From the NCBI GenBank assembly GCA_028023455.1, contig JAQFVV010000010.1:10478001-10542000 (forward strand): a DNA stretch of 64,000 bases, written 5' to 3'. Below, one piece after another: positions 52,788-64,000 of the stretch; positions within the stretch are counted from its first letter, which is position 1, and every line of letters begins with the position of its first letter. The position numbers and the translations under genes were made by a program. The notes under the pieces are model-generated. The model did not search any database and was not told the origin of the DNA. It was given only the letters and a program-made list of their open reading frames with translations. The DNA is from Epiperipatus broadwayi. Lineage: Eukaryota; Animalia; Onychophora.

Positions 52788-54169
52788 AACGGACGATAGA
52801 TATGCCTGGATATGATCCTGCCCACACGCCAGATGTAATGGATGGGAAAATAACCTGTGGAATATGATGCTATGCAGATGTTGCAGTCTGGAGACTATGG
52901 CTCAATGTGCCCTGATTTATTGCCCCTGATATGGTCTGTAGATTTCTGCCAGGCTTGGAAAGAGAAAAAGTCGTATCTAACTACAATCGGACTTTGGATC
53001 TTTGGGTAGGATGATGAAAACGATGAAATGCCTAACCAATGATTGCACATACTTTTAATTGACTAGCTCTATATCTATTTAATAATATTAGATGCAATTT
53101 AGGTTAGTTCATTCACTTTTCACCCCATTCCAATTCTGTTATGCCCTAATATTTGAGCCCAGAGAGAATATTGCCTTTGACTCCCTTAACAGGTATGAAC
53201 AGATACATATAGCAACTCCTGCAACTCTACATAGGTTACAACTAGCACTTAAAAAAATATTTGATTTACTATACAACTATTACATGACAATGAAATAGGT
53301 GTGTGTGCATGCATAATTGTTTGTTAAATGTTGAATGTCAGGACAACTCAATAAACCAGAGACCGGAATAATATAATCTCTTTAACATTTATTGACAATG
53401 ATAAATGAAATTAAAATAAAGTATTATAACAATAGTAATAATAAATATATATATACATGTGCTACATATGAACTTCTACCATTCTGTTAGCTAATAATTC
53501 TCTAGATCCATCCCTTTTACTCCATGGTAAAAATCCATCTATGACATGCATTATTTACAAATCATGAATTGTATAAGAAAAATAAACATTAATAATTCAA
53601 AATGATTGTGATGCTGATTAGTTAAAATAAACATCTATTGATTTTGCAAAGCAATCTATTTGGTTTAAGTTCCTCCCATCTAAGTTTAAATATATATATG
53701 TAATAGATATAGGAATTTACACTAGTTGATTAGTCAATCACACTGGAAAAATACATAACAATGATTAATCGACAATATAAAACATATAAGATTAATTCTG
53801 TACCAAGTGTTGTGATTTAATCTGTAAAAGTAAATGGGAATCTTACCTTAACATAAACCAAAATAACCTGATGTGAAGCAGGTGGGAAACTGAGCTAACA
53901 TAGATTTTATTTACAATAATAAAAAAAAAAAAACTAAGATAATCATTCCCCCCTTTTCTTCTCTGCTAACCCTGAGAAATGAGGTTTCTAGCAGTGTAGA
54001 CTGTGACATGACCATCAGAGTATGAAAATATAATATAGATAACAGAAAAATCAAACAAAAATTTATAACATTAATTTCTTGATTAAAATAATAGTTGGGA
54101 CAAAATCCATAAAATCGTCCTAGTAGTAGTAGTAGTTGATGGTTAGGCGTGTTACTTTCCAAAAACAGT

Positions 54170-54307
54170 TTAGCTCAGCAAATCATTTTCCTTGGCAAAA
54201 ATAGATTTCGCAGGGGTAGCTCCTGGCGTCCTGTATGTAACCACATCGATCCTGAGCTGATTGACCTTTAAATATTCCTGAGCATGCTTATTTTGGACCG
54301 CAGGCAT
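54170..54307 (-). CDS. Candidate terminal exon of an unidentified minus-strand gene
   Basis: Pyrimidine tract plus caag|, open frame MPAVQNKHAQEYLKVNQLRIDVVTYRTPGATPAKSIFAKENDLLS*, CpG-rich relative to the flanks; no homology recognised. Confidence 0.3.
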   Translation of the reverse strand: MPAVQNKHAQEYLKVNQLRIDVVTYRTPGATPAKSIFAKENDLLS

Positions 54308-54855
54308 CTTGCATATTACAATAAAGTAGAATGAGAATAGAAGTTTTATGCCAACATGTTAGGGAAGAACGCAATCTCACAATAGCACGTTTTCCTTTAC
54401 CCCATATTCATCTTAAAATGCCATTAAATAATTTATAATCATAAATTATGTTAGAGATATAGAAGAAATTTTACATATACATATATTAAAAGAGTTATTT
54501 CATTTTTGCTTTCTATTATTAGCAGAATTAATTTTCGTTTTTTTTTTTTTTTTTTTTGAAAGATGTAAAATATTAAAATTCTTTCAGTCACGATCAGAAC
54601 ATGATTTAATTATCCCAAAAATCTATAAATTGTTCTTACTTTCCAATTCTCACTTTTTCTGCTGAATTTGATGAAATTTAAGGTACAATATTTGATTTTA
54701 AAAACTTCTATAATTCAAGTAAAAGAAGAAACAAAACTCCATTTTGGCATTTGAAATTTTAATTTAACTGCTGTGATATTATTGTAGCCAAGTATTGTTG
54801 ATAAGAAAAAGAATGATTTTAAAAAGGTTTCTGTTTTTATGCAGTCCGCGCTTAC

Positions 54856-54884
54856 GTCTTGCGACACCCTCAGATCTTCATTTG
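54856..54884 (-). CDS. Candidate 29-nt micro-exon of the same minus-strand gene
   Basis: tttttccaacag|CA AAT GAA GAT CTG AGG GTG TCG CAA GAC|gtaagc; ends in phase 0, compatible with the exon at 54307. Confidence 0.3.
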
Positions 54885-55548
54885 CTGTTGGAAAAACATA
54901 ACTGCCTATTGTTTAAATACACTTCATTAATAAAAAAAAAATAATAAAATCATAATTCTATTTTCACATTCTGTTTCTATGGTTACCTAACTTGACCTCA
55001 GGCTATCTCTCAGTCACTTGACTACAAATTTATTCAATTTTAGATTTAAAAATCCATTAAAGTTTGTCAATCAAATAGCATATACAATATTATTTCCTAG
55101 AATATTGATTATATTAAATGATTTATTACAAAATAATAATTTATTGTGATTTCCCTAATTCACTGTAAATGTAAATAAATATATATGTGTTGTACATGTA
55201 TATATGTGTTAATAATAAATAAATAATCTCCCCATTATTAGTGCAAGTTTCAAATGGATTTGATTCAATAAATAGGCCAATAATTGCGTTGTAAACTACC
55301 CCTTACAACTGATATGCCCTAATATTTGAGCCCAGGGAGAATATTGCCTTTGACTCCCTTAACGGTTTGAACAGATACACAAAGCAACTCCTGCACCTCT
55401 ATATAAGTTACAACTAGCATTTAAAATATTTAAAAATAAAAATTCATGAAAGCTTTGAAAGGAGAGAAAGTTTTGAATGTGCCAAAAGATCTTGATTTTT
55501 ATAGGATAGAAAATAAGGTCCTTATTACATAAAGTAAATAATACCACA

Positions 55549-56260
55549 GATATTGCCAAATTTTGAAAAATATTTATCAAAATGTAACAGCAGTGATTAT
55601 ACTATACGATCACACCAAAAGGATTAGCATTAAAAAGGGTGTTCAACAATATAATCCCACATCTCTAAAACTTTTTGCTGTAGTTTTACAGAAATGGTTC
55701 TTAATTAAGTCATCAACATTTTGCAGATGATGTTGCTGCAAATAATGCTTCAGACCACTGGGAATATTTTAACAACAATCAGATAAAAATAAGAACATAG
55801 GACTAAAGATAAATTCTAAAAAAACTAATCTTCAGAGGCTATTAAAAAAAATATTGATAGTAATGAACTAAAAGCTAGCAATTACAAATATTTTGGTCAT
55901 ATTAATAAAGATGAAAATATAATGGATGAAACTAATTATAGAATTAAACTTGGATGGAGTGCTTTTACTAAAAATAATATTTAAAAGGAAAACATTTGTG
56001 TTTGAAAAGCATAGTTTTTAATTAACATTCTTACACAGAGGAACAATATAAAGATTTCAGATCACATAACAAAGTATGGAGAGATATATAATGTAAGTTA
56101 CAAGGAGAGATCAAAAGCAAAATACATTGGTGAGAGAACAAATAAGCATTATTGAAATAATTAAAAGGCCAAAATGAAGCTGAGCTGGATATATTATTAA
56201 AAGAATAATAATAGATGGATAGTTGAAGTTTTAAACTGATTCCAAGACATTTTCTGAGAC
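55549..56260 (+). pseudogene. Decayed RTE-clade LINE RT
   Basis: Across frameshifts: YCQILKNIYQNVTAV, IKKGVQQYNPTSLKLFAVVL, FADD, GLKINSKKT and RIKLGWSAFTK. Confidence 0.7.
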
Positions 56261-56704
56261 TGATGAGAAAAATATGCTATAGATTGGAGAAATAAATTAA
56301 ACTTGGAAAGACTGTCCTGCAGTGAATTAATTCATAATGATTGAAAATGATTTCAGATGATCCAATTAGTTTATTCAATTCATAAAAAGAGTATGATGTT
56401 TGAAATATTGGACAAATAAGTATTTTAATTTTATTAATTATTTTTATTTCATGTTTTTATTTTTTTAATTATTATTTCAATATATTCATTTTCAGGTGTG
56501 TCTGTACATATTTATAAATATGTACTGAAATAATAAAACTTGAAAATATATAAAAACATGTGTGCTTATTTAAAATTATTGAATAATCAATAAACAGAGC
56601 CCCACCTAAAAATGTATTCCACTACTTTTCTAGATTAATACATTGCCTCATGATGTGGAATTCTTATTTCCAATGACTCTTCTTACAGACTACACAGTTA
56701 ATAA

Positions 56705-57014
56705 ACATCACATGACCACCACTTCTTATGCTTGTGTATAACTGATTTAAAATGGCAAAACTCACTATACGTATTGCCACACACAGCAAGCTAGAGTAAT
56801 CAATGGATTCCAGAAAGCTTGTGCATAAAATCTAGGTGCAGTGCTCTCAGATCCAAGGCTCCTCACTGACGAAGGCCACAAGCCAGAAACTAGTCTGGGG
56901 ATATCGGACGAGTAGGCACTAGATGGGGATTTTATGCACAAGCTTTCTGGCATCCATTGATTACTCTAACTTGCTGTGTGTGGCAATACGTATAGTGAGT
57001 TTTGCCTGTTTTAA
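56705..57014. mobile_element. HHR family 1 insertion with inversion; intact core
   Basis: Minus segment to about 56831, then plus segment; core 56866-56895 (+). Degenerate TSD gactacacagttaata / gaccacacagttatta. Confidence 0.85.
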
Positions 57015-57789
57015 GACCACACAGTTATTAGTCTCTGTTTAGTTTATAAGATTTTTTTTTGCCATAGAATTAAGTTATCCAATGTCAACCTAATATTTTG
57101 AAATGGTTTCATATCTATACAGTTGGATTAAAAAATGGCTTGCAATCCAAATTTTCATGTTACTGGCTTAAGATAGTACAATGAGTATTAAGTTTCTGGA
57201 AACTTGTACTCTTTGCCCTTATAGATACCAGCCGCCACCAGAGTCTATATGTAGTATTTCTATCTGGTGTTCTGTAACTTGCTTAATATCTACTTTATTG
57301 AAACTGGGGATAAAAAATATATAACCTATCATTAAATGCAAGAGAAAATAAAAATAATATAATGTGACTTTATTAAAACAAAATGAATCTGAGTGAAATG
57401 GATACATGATGTTAATATGATAATTTCAAATTTTCTCTTCCATAAGCATATCAACTTCAACTACTTCTGATAAAGCAACAAAAAAAAAATATTAGAATCA
57501 ATAAATATAGACCATCATCTATAAAATATTGTTATAAATTGACTATTTCATGATTATAATATAAGTCTGTGATTTTTTAAAAAAAAATTTTTTTGATAGT
57601 ATTTCTAAAATCTTTTTTTATTAATATATATCACTTCTAGTATACTTATAAAACTTATATATAACATATGAGATACAATAATTTTTTTATTTAAAAAACC
57701 CCTGATTTATTACATAATTATGCAAGTGTTAAATATATACCAACCTTCCATCCAAGTTCTTTAGCTAAAGCTTGGCACCCATCATCTGC

Positions 57790-58039
57790 TGTGCCTTCCC
57801 AAAATACATCTCTACACAATGCACAAAGAGATAATATACGTATAACATGAACATAAATAAAACATATGTATATGTGATAATATATATATTAAATTATACA
57901 ACTCCATAAATCAAATGTAGATACTAATTTGAATTTTTATCACTTGTATGTGCCTTCCCAAAATACATTTCTACAGAATGCACAAAGAGATAATATATGT
58001 ATAACATGAACATAAATAAAACATGTATATGTGATAATA
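57790..58039. repeat. About 90-bp direct duplication, period about 160
   Basis: tgtgccttcccaaaataca...ataaaaca...gtatatgtgataata occurs twice. Confidence 0.85.
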
Positions 58040-58789
58040 CATGTAGATATTACTAGTATGAATTTTTTCCACTCAAATAATCATAATCATTTTAACATAA
58101 AAACAACACTGCGTTCATATAGAATCTGTTTTATACCTAACACGTCCAGACATATGCTGACAAAGCAGTCATTCCCTATTTAATAACTGTGCTCATTTTT
58201 TTTTTATAGGGACACAATTTTCATCATTTATTATGAAGTATAAAGATATTAAGAATGATGCTTAAATTCAAATGCTATCTAAATCAATAAAACTAACATA
58301 ATGGATTCAGCGATAATAATACAAAACAAATTAATTTTTTTATTTTTAGCCTAAAGGTTACTAAAAGACAAATGATGTAAATGCAGTGAAATCACTGTAG
58401 GCGCTATATCAATATACGCTACTCCAATTATACTGCTATCCAAAAAAATGTAAATAAAAACATTAAAATTTGTATATTTAATAAATTTTACATTACAGGA
58501 GCATTTCTTTGGATTATATTGAAAGCATATACATTTTATTCTTTGCTTTGATGTCATACAATATTTTGCATAATAAAGTATCTTTTTTAAGTGGAAAACT
58601 AAATGTTTAATGAAATTTTAAAAAATTTGTAAAGTATTTTTCTTAAATGATAAAATGAAAATTATTGATTTAGTAGTAGCAAAAAATAACTAAAATATTC
58701 TTTGTATAGTGTTAGAAAGTTTAACTGAGAATCTGAAATGAATAACAGGAAGAAGAGATAACTGTATAAATTCCAACGCTGATACAGAA

Positions 58790-58915
58790 TCAAAAACAAC
58801 TAGAAAGGCCACTGTCTGCTGATAACAAGATTATTATAATGTTTCTGAATGAGAATAAAAAAAGTTATTGAAGAAAAAGGATATCGTTCAGAATGGGTTT
58901 AACTGTGATGAACAT
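58790..58915 (+). pseudogene. Tigger/pogo transposase fragment
   Basis: KKVIEEKGYRSEW followed by a degenerate FNxDE-like stretch, resembling the Tigger motif. Confidence 0.45.
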
Positions 58916-60956
58916 CTGATGCTTTGCTATTCACCTTATGTAAAAAAAAAAATAAAGATATGGTATAGTAAGTTTATTACTTTTATTTTTTGAGTGAAAG
59001 CGAATGAGAGAACACACACAGTAAATATATGTAAGAATAACTTCTTTTAAAAAAATTTTGTTTATGTTATCATCTTAATTTGTATATACATAAAAAAGCA
59101 GCTTCTATATTTTATATGTGTGTGTATTGAAAAATAATGTACAATTATAGATTAATCAACCATAGATATTTTATTGTAATCAAAGCTTATCAATTAAACA
59201 TAACAGTTACCATAGTTCTATTGCATGTAATTCCTTAAAACGTAATATGCAATAACTATTTATTCCAATTAAGTTTATTTGCGATCAGTGAAAAGCATGT
59301 AAATATTCCTCACTAATTAAGAACAATAGCCAAGAGATGGTATGGTAAACTAGGTCACTATCTAATCCAATGATCATTCAAACTTGCAATAGGTAGCTTT
59401 AGAGTAAATAAATTACTGCTTCTAATATAGATCCTAAAAGTAAACCGATGCTTTGTTCAATAATGATAATAATGATTGCTATTAACTCATTAGATAACAT
59501 TAACGCCTGTTAAATATTTATATATATTCTACAGAATGTATATAATATACATATGAATCACAAACAAATTACACCCACAGGTGAGAATTAAATATTTATT
59601 AAAAACAATATTTCTACAATAATTTTAATTTTTAAAAAATTGAAATTTTATGAATTGTTTTTTTATACAATATGTATAGAGAATTTTAATATATACTATT
59701 AGAATTATTTGCATACCAAATAAAATATCACATGAATCTACTAGCTTATATTTATTATCTGAATTACAATATTAACTCATTCTAATGCCAGCTATGGTAG
59801 CATGAGTAATCAATAAAATAAACACTGTTAGTCCTAATCATATCCCATCTGTCAAAAGCTATCAGTCAAAGTTTAATCTGAAGATCTGATTTGCACTATT
59901 ATCTAGTATCCAATAATTACTTATACCTATATTCTCAGATGACTTTAGAAGAGAGGGATAAAGAGCACGTTGCTGCGTTTATCTATAGAGGCATGCAATT
60001 TATGTATGAAAAGCAACAGAAACAGTAAACATTTATTTTTCTTTTGATAAAAAATAGATTTTTCAATTTATAATAATTCAATACTTAATTACAATTATTT
60101 TTTTATTTTAATGTAAAATTTAATTATTTGTAATATTAAAATTGGAAATATTTAAATCTTAAATAAGAAGAAAAAACATATATTGCTTTCTTCTTTTCAA
60201 AATTATTTCATCTGAACGAATAAGGACATGAAATCTCCTAGTCAGGTGAAAAACAAATATGCATGTTTATGAAAATAAATACACAGGTATTAATAATAAA
60301 ACTAAAAAAAAGCCAAATACGATTTAATTAAGATTCATAAAACAGTAAACCAGTTTAAAATGAGAATTGACAGAAGTAGCTACTTATTAAGGGAAAGTTA
60401 CTTATTAAGATAAATAAATTCTAATGGAATTATGGTTTAACCAGCAATGACATTTATCATATTATATTTGCTTTCCTTGAGAATAATTATTGTATTGGCA
60501 ACCAGAAGAAAATATCTTTAAATATAACTAATTGGTATAACTTTCATAGAATTATATATAAAATAAATAAGGCTGGAGATAACAACCTAAAAATGGGTTA
60601 CATTTCCCAATCATCTCCACAAAGTCAACACTAGAGATTCGAAATATGCTTTACCACTCAGAAATAATTTTTTTAAATGAAAGGGCATGCATTTTCAGCC
60701 TTTATTAGGATGTCATCTTTTCATTTGTGAAAAGAGAAAATGCTAAATGGATCAATTTCAACTCCAATAATTTTCCAATTCGCAATAACTTTTGACCTTT
60801 GCTCAGTGGTTAGCATTTTCTCTAATTTAACTTTTTTTTTAAACATGGAATTGATAAGCGCTAGTATGAACATTTGAAATGAAAATTGTGATAACTTAAA
60901 TTTTATATCTAATACTTTATTTATAAGATATAATTAACTCACACACAAAGTAAAAA

Positions 60957-61493
60957 CAGGCAAAACTCACTATATATATTGCCACACACAGCAAGCTAGA
61001 GTAATCAATGGATGCCAGAAGGCTTGTGCATAAAATCCCCATCTAGTGCCTACTCATCCAATATTTCCAGACTAGTTTCTGGCTTATTCGTCAGTGAGGA
61101 GCTTTGGATCTGAGAGCACTGCATCTAGATCTTAGGATATATGATATATAAGCTAATGGCTTAGATTGAAAACATTGTGTTTTCAGTTTAAGACTCATAG
61201 TTTTGTAGTTAAATGGGGATAAAAGGTGGTTGCTGGAGGGTTGCATTAGATCCTAAGATCTAGGTGCAGTGCTCTCAGATCCAAGGCTCCTCACTGACGA
61301 AGGCCACAAGCCAGAAACTAGTCTGGCGATATTGGATGAGTAGGCACTAGATGGAGATTTTATGCACAAGCCTTCTGGCATCCATTGATTACTCTAGCTT
61401 GCTGTGTGTGGCAATATATATAGCGAGTTTTGCCTGTTTTAACAACAGTTATACGCAAGCATAAGAGGTGGTCGTGATGTTTATTGGCTTTAA
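60957..61493. mobile_element. HHR family 1 insertion with inversion; two cores
   Basis: 16-bp TSD acacacaaagtaaaaa at 60941-60956 and 61494-61509. The minus core (61070-61094) has a stem II deletion; the plus core (61294-61323) is intact. Confidence 0.88.
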
Positions 61494-63160
61494 ACACACA
61501 AAGTAAAAATAATTATTTTAAAATAAATTCATAGAAGAAACAACCATATAAAAAAAATTACTAAATGAAAGTATCTTAATTACTAATATAAAAGAAATAA
61601 ATTAAAATACAGTAAATGAATTATACTAACTTACTAAGGCCTTTTCTATTTTCTTTTAAAGGTTTTTAAAAGGAACATTTTAACATGGTATATATTTTAT
61701 AACTTCCATTACTGATCAGCATGGGATTAAATCCTGTGATGTCTCTTATTTTTCCAATTTGTTCAATTTAAATGTTCAATTTCAAACAAGGATAGAGGCA
61801 CACATTCTTCAGAGACTTAGAAGAGTTGAAATTTATCCATGTTGTGGCATTTAAGGTTCGAGCGCCTGATAATTTTCAGGAGATGATTACATAATAATGG
61901 TGAGCTGGTACATGCTTAAATTAATCAGTAATGCATTTTCTGCGGCTGTATTAAGAAATAATAATCCATAAATCAAGAGCTTCTATTTCTGGTAATGATG
62001 ATTTATATTTAATAAATCATCTTTCCAACATTGAGATATATATCTCCATTATAGTTATAATTCACAAAGCAAATAATTTCTCCTTATTTAATAGTCTCTA
62101 TTGACAGTTTTTTCCTTCTGCTCATTTTGATACTTTTAGATGGATTTTTTTTTTTAATCTTCCAGTCCAATGCTAAAGAATGTCTCCTTTCTTTTAATCT
62201 TTTTAAGAATTCTTCCACGTTTTTCTTTTTAACACTTCTGCTCTTAATTAAAAGTAACCTATAGATTACTGATTTTTTTTAACCTTTTAATTACAATTAC
62301 ATATTAGATTTGTAGATTCTTTTTTGATTATTATATACAAATGTTTTCAAATTAACTAATATATTTCAATTTATTTTCCTTTCTATAGACCACTTTTACC
62401 TGGATCAAATCGTTTTATTGATATTTATTTTAATAGGGTTTATAAATTTTAATTGCCTTTATTTATTTATTTGACCCAATTAAGATACTTTTATGTATCT
62501 CACTTATACACACACATACATGCATATTCAAAAAAAAAAATACTATTGAATCATTGCATTTCCCTTTAAATAATTATCATTGGTAATTTTAAAACAATTT
62601 TAAATAATCCATTACAAGTTACCATATCATCTATGTACTCCTGACTGACCACCTTTTTAAATTTTCTATTTCCAGCACTATATTACATGCATTCAAATAT
62701 GTTTAAAAAGTTGATGAATATATATATATGAGCAGTGTAGCAATAAAAAAAAAAAAGAATTCCTAGAGCTCAAATTCAGAATATTTTAGATGAAAAATAT
62801 TTTCTTTGAAAATATTATCTGAACAGTCTACACAAATACCAGCATATTTGATTTTTGACCTAATTTTATCACTAATATCTCTACACTTTATTAGAGATTC
62901 CACCTCTCTTCAGATTGATAACTATGGAGAGATGAGAGGATAATCTGTATTTTTCATCCTCTTTAAAATCTGAATATTTCCAGATTTAATATTACAAATA
63001 ACTAAGTTTTATCTTAAACTAAAAATATTGTAAATAAGTATTGAATATATTGAAAAATATATTTTCTATCAAAAAAAGGGAGATAGAGTTCTTGAGAAAT
63101 ATTTATGGAAAACACTGAAAGAATATCTGAAGTCTAAGATGAGTCTTTTCTATACATAGG

Positions 63161-64000
63161 CAAAACTCTCCATGTAATAAGCTCTACTCAGTGCAAGCCA
63201 GAATAATCAATGGATGCAAAAAGGTTTGTGCATGAAATCCCTATCTAGTGCCTACTCATCCAATATCCCCAGACTAGTTTCTAGCTTGTAGTTTTCATCA
63301 GTAAAGAGCTTGGGATCTGAGAGCACTGCACCTAGATCTTAGGATCTAATGCAACCCTCCAGCAGCCACTTTTACTTTTTTAGCTAGCTATAAAGCTTTG
63401 AGTCCAAAATGAAAACACAATAATGTTTTCAAGCTAAATTCATTAGATTGTATAGTCATATAGATCTGAACTCAGTTCATCATCCATACTTTTTGGTGTC
63501 TTTGATTCTTTAATAACTACAGTCACCATAATCCTATTGGACAGGATTGGTATTAAACCACCAAACAACACATGATCACCATTCTTTATGATTACACAAG
63601 CTGTTTACACAGAAACAAAACTCTCCATACAGTAGCGCCACTCAGCACAAGCCAGAATAGTCAATGGATGCAGGAAGGTGTGTGCTTTTGGATCCAAGGC
63701 TCCTCACTGATGAAAGCCACAAGCTAGAAATTAGTCTGGGGATATTGGATGAGTAGGCACTAGATAGGGATTTTATGCACAAACCTTCCAGCAATCTATT
63801 GATTATTCTGGTTTGCATTGAGTGGCGCTACTGTATGGAGTTTTGCCTGTGTGTAAACAGCTTGTGTAAGCATAAACAATGGTGATTATGGATGTTTGAT
63901 AGTTTAATGCCAATCCTGCCCAATAATATTATGGTGACTGTAGTTATTAAAGAACCAAAAACACCAAAAAGTATGGATGCTGAACTGAGTTCACATCTAC
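63161..64000. mobile_element. HHR family 1: more than one monomer on the minus strand joined head-to-head to a plus copy running off the window
   Basis: caaaactctcc recurs at 63161 and 63616 (period 455). The minus core (63272-63301) has a disrupted stem II; the plus core (63707-63736) has an AGC/GCU stem II. Confidence 0.88.

Noticed and set aside
52794-53049. Solo LTR (TGTAACGG...CA)
   Set aside because: No TSD, no second copy and no primer-binding site or polypurine tract; boundaries are arbitrary.
53911-54162. Hydrophobic ORF resembling a gustatory receptor N-terminus (LLGRFYGFCP)
   Set aside because: Starts at TTG, the Leu run comes from a (CTA)n microsatellite, and there are no further receptor exons; it probably lies in a 3' UTR.
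21736-56953. Similar short ORFs at 21736-21999 and 56765-56953 (MPKGLCIKSLSSAYSS...)
   Set aside because: Antisense translations of the HHR family 1 repeat; the similarity is at the DNA repeat level and the frames are not conserved across copies.

Overview
AT-rich metazoan genomic DNA (spliceosomal introns, no prokaryotic features). Positions 1835-45714 (+) hold the last 12 coding exons of UTP25/DIEXF (U3 snoRNA-associated protein 25). All splice phases are consistent, one intron is GC-AG, and the 5' exons lie upstream of the window. The introns and downstream region are packed with mobile DNA: two different Merlin (IS1595-like) DNA transposons, a 6.2-kb head-to-head composite of a Penelope-like retroelement (PLE; RT + GIY-YIG), a pre-tRNA-Gly retrocopy, and decayed mariner, Tigger, RTE and PLE remnants. 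The most notable signal is a set of hammerhead ribozyme (HHR) motifs. (i) A non-coding family with a ~440-455-nt monomer carries a type I HHR; it has 9 cores in the window and occurs as circularly permuted, more-than-unit-length and 5'-inverted insertions, several with 14-16-bp target site duplications (TSDs). (ii) A second, 376-nt HHR family is distinct outside the ribozyme. (iii) A candidate variant HHR with an A3:U8 pair in place of C3:G8 sits in all four PLE pseudo-LTRs. (iv) A 342-nt family has the same insertion architecture but no recognisable HHR. Together these suggest a PLE plus non-autonomous retrozyme-like system. All alignments and folds were done by eye; no searches were run.
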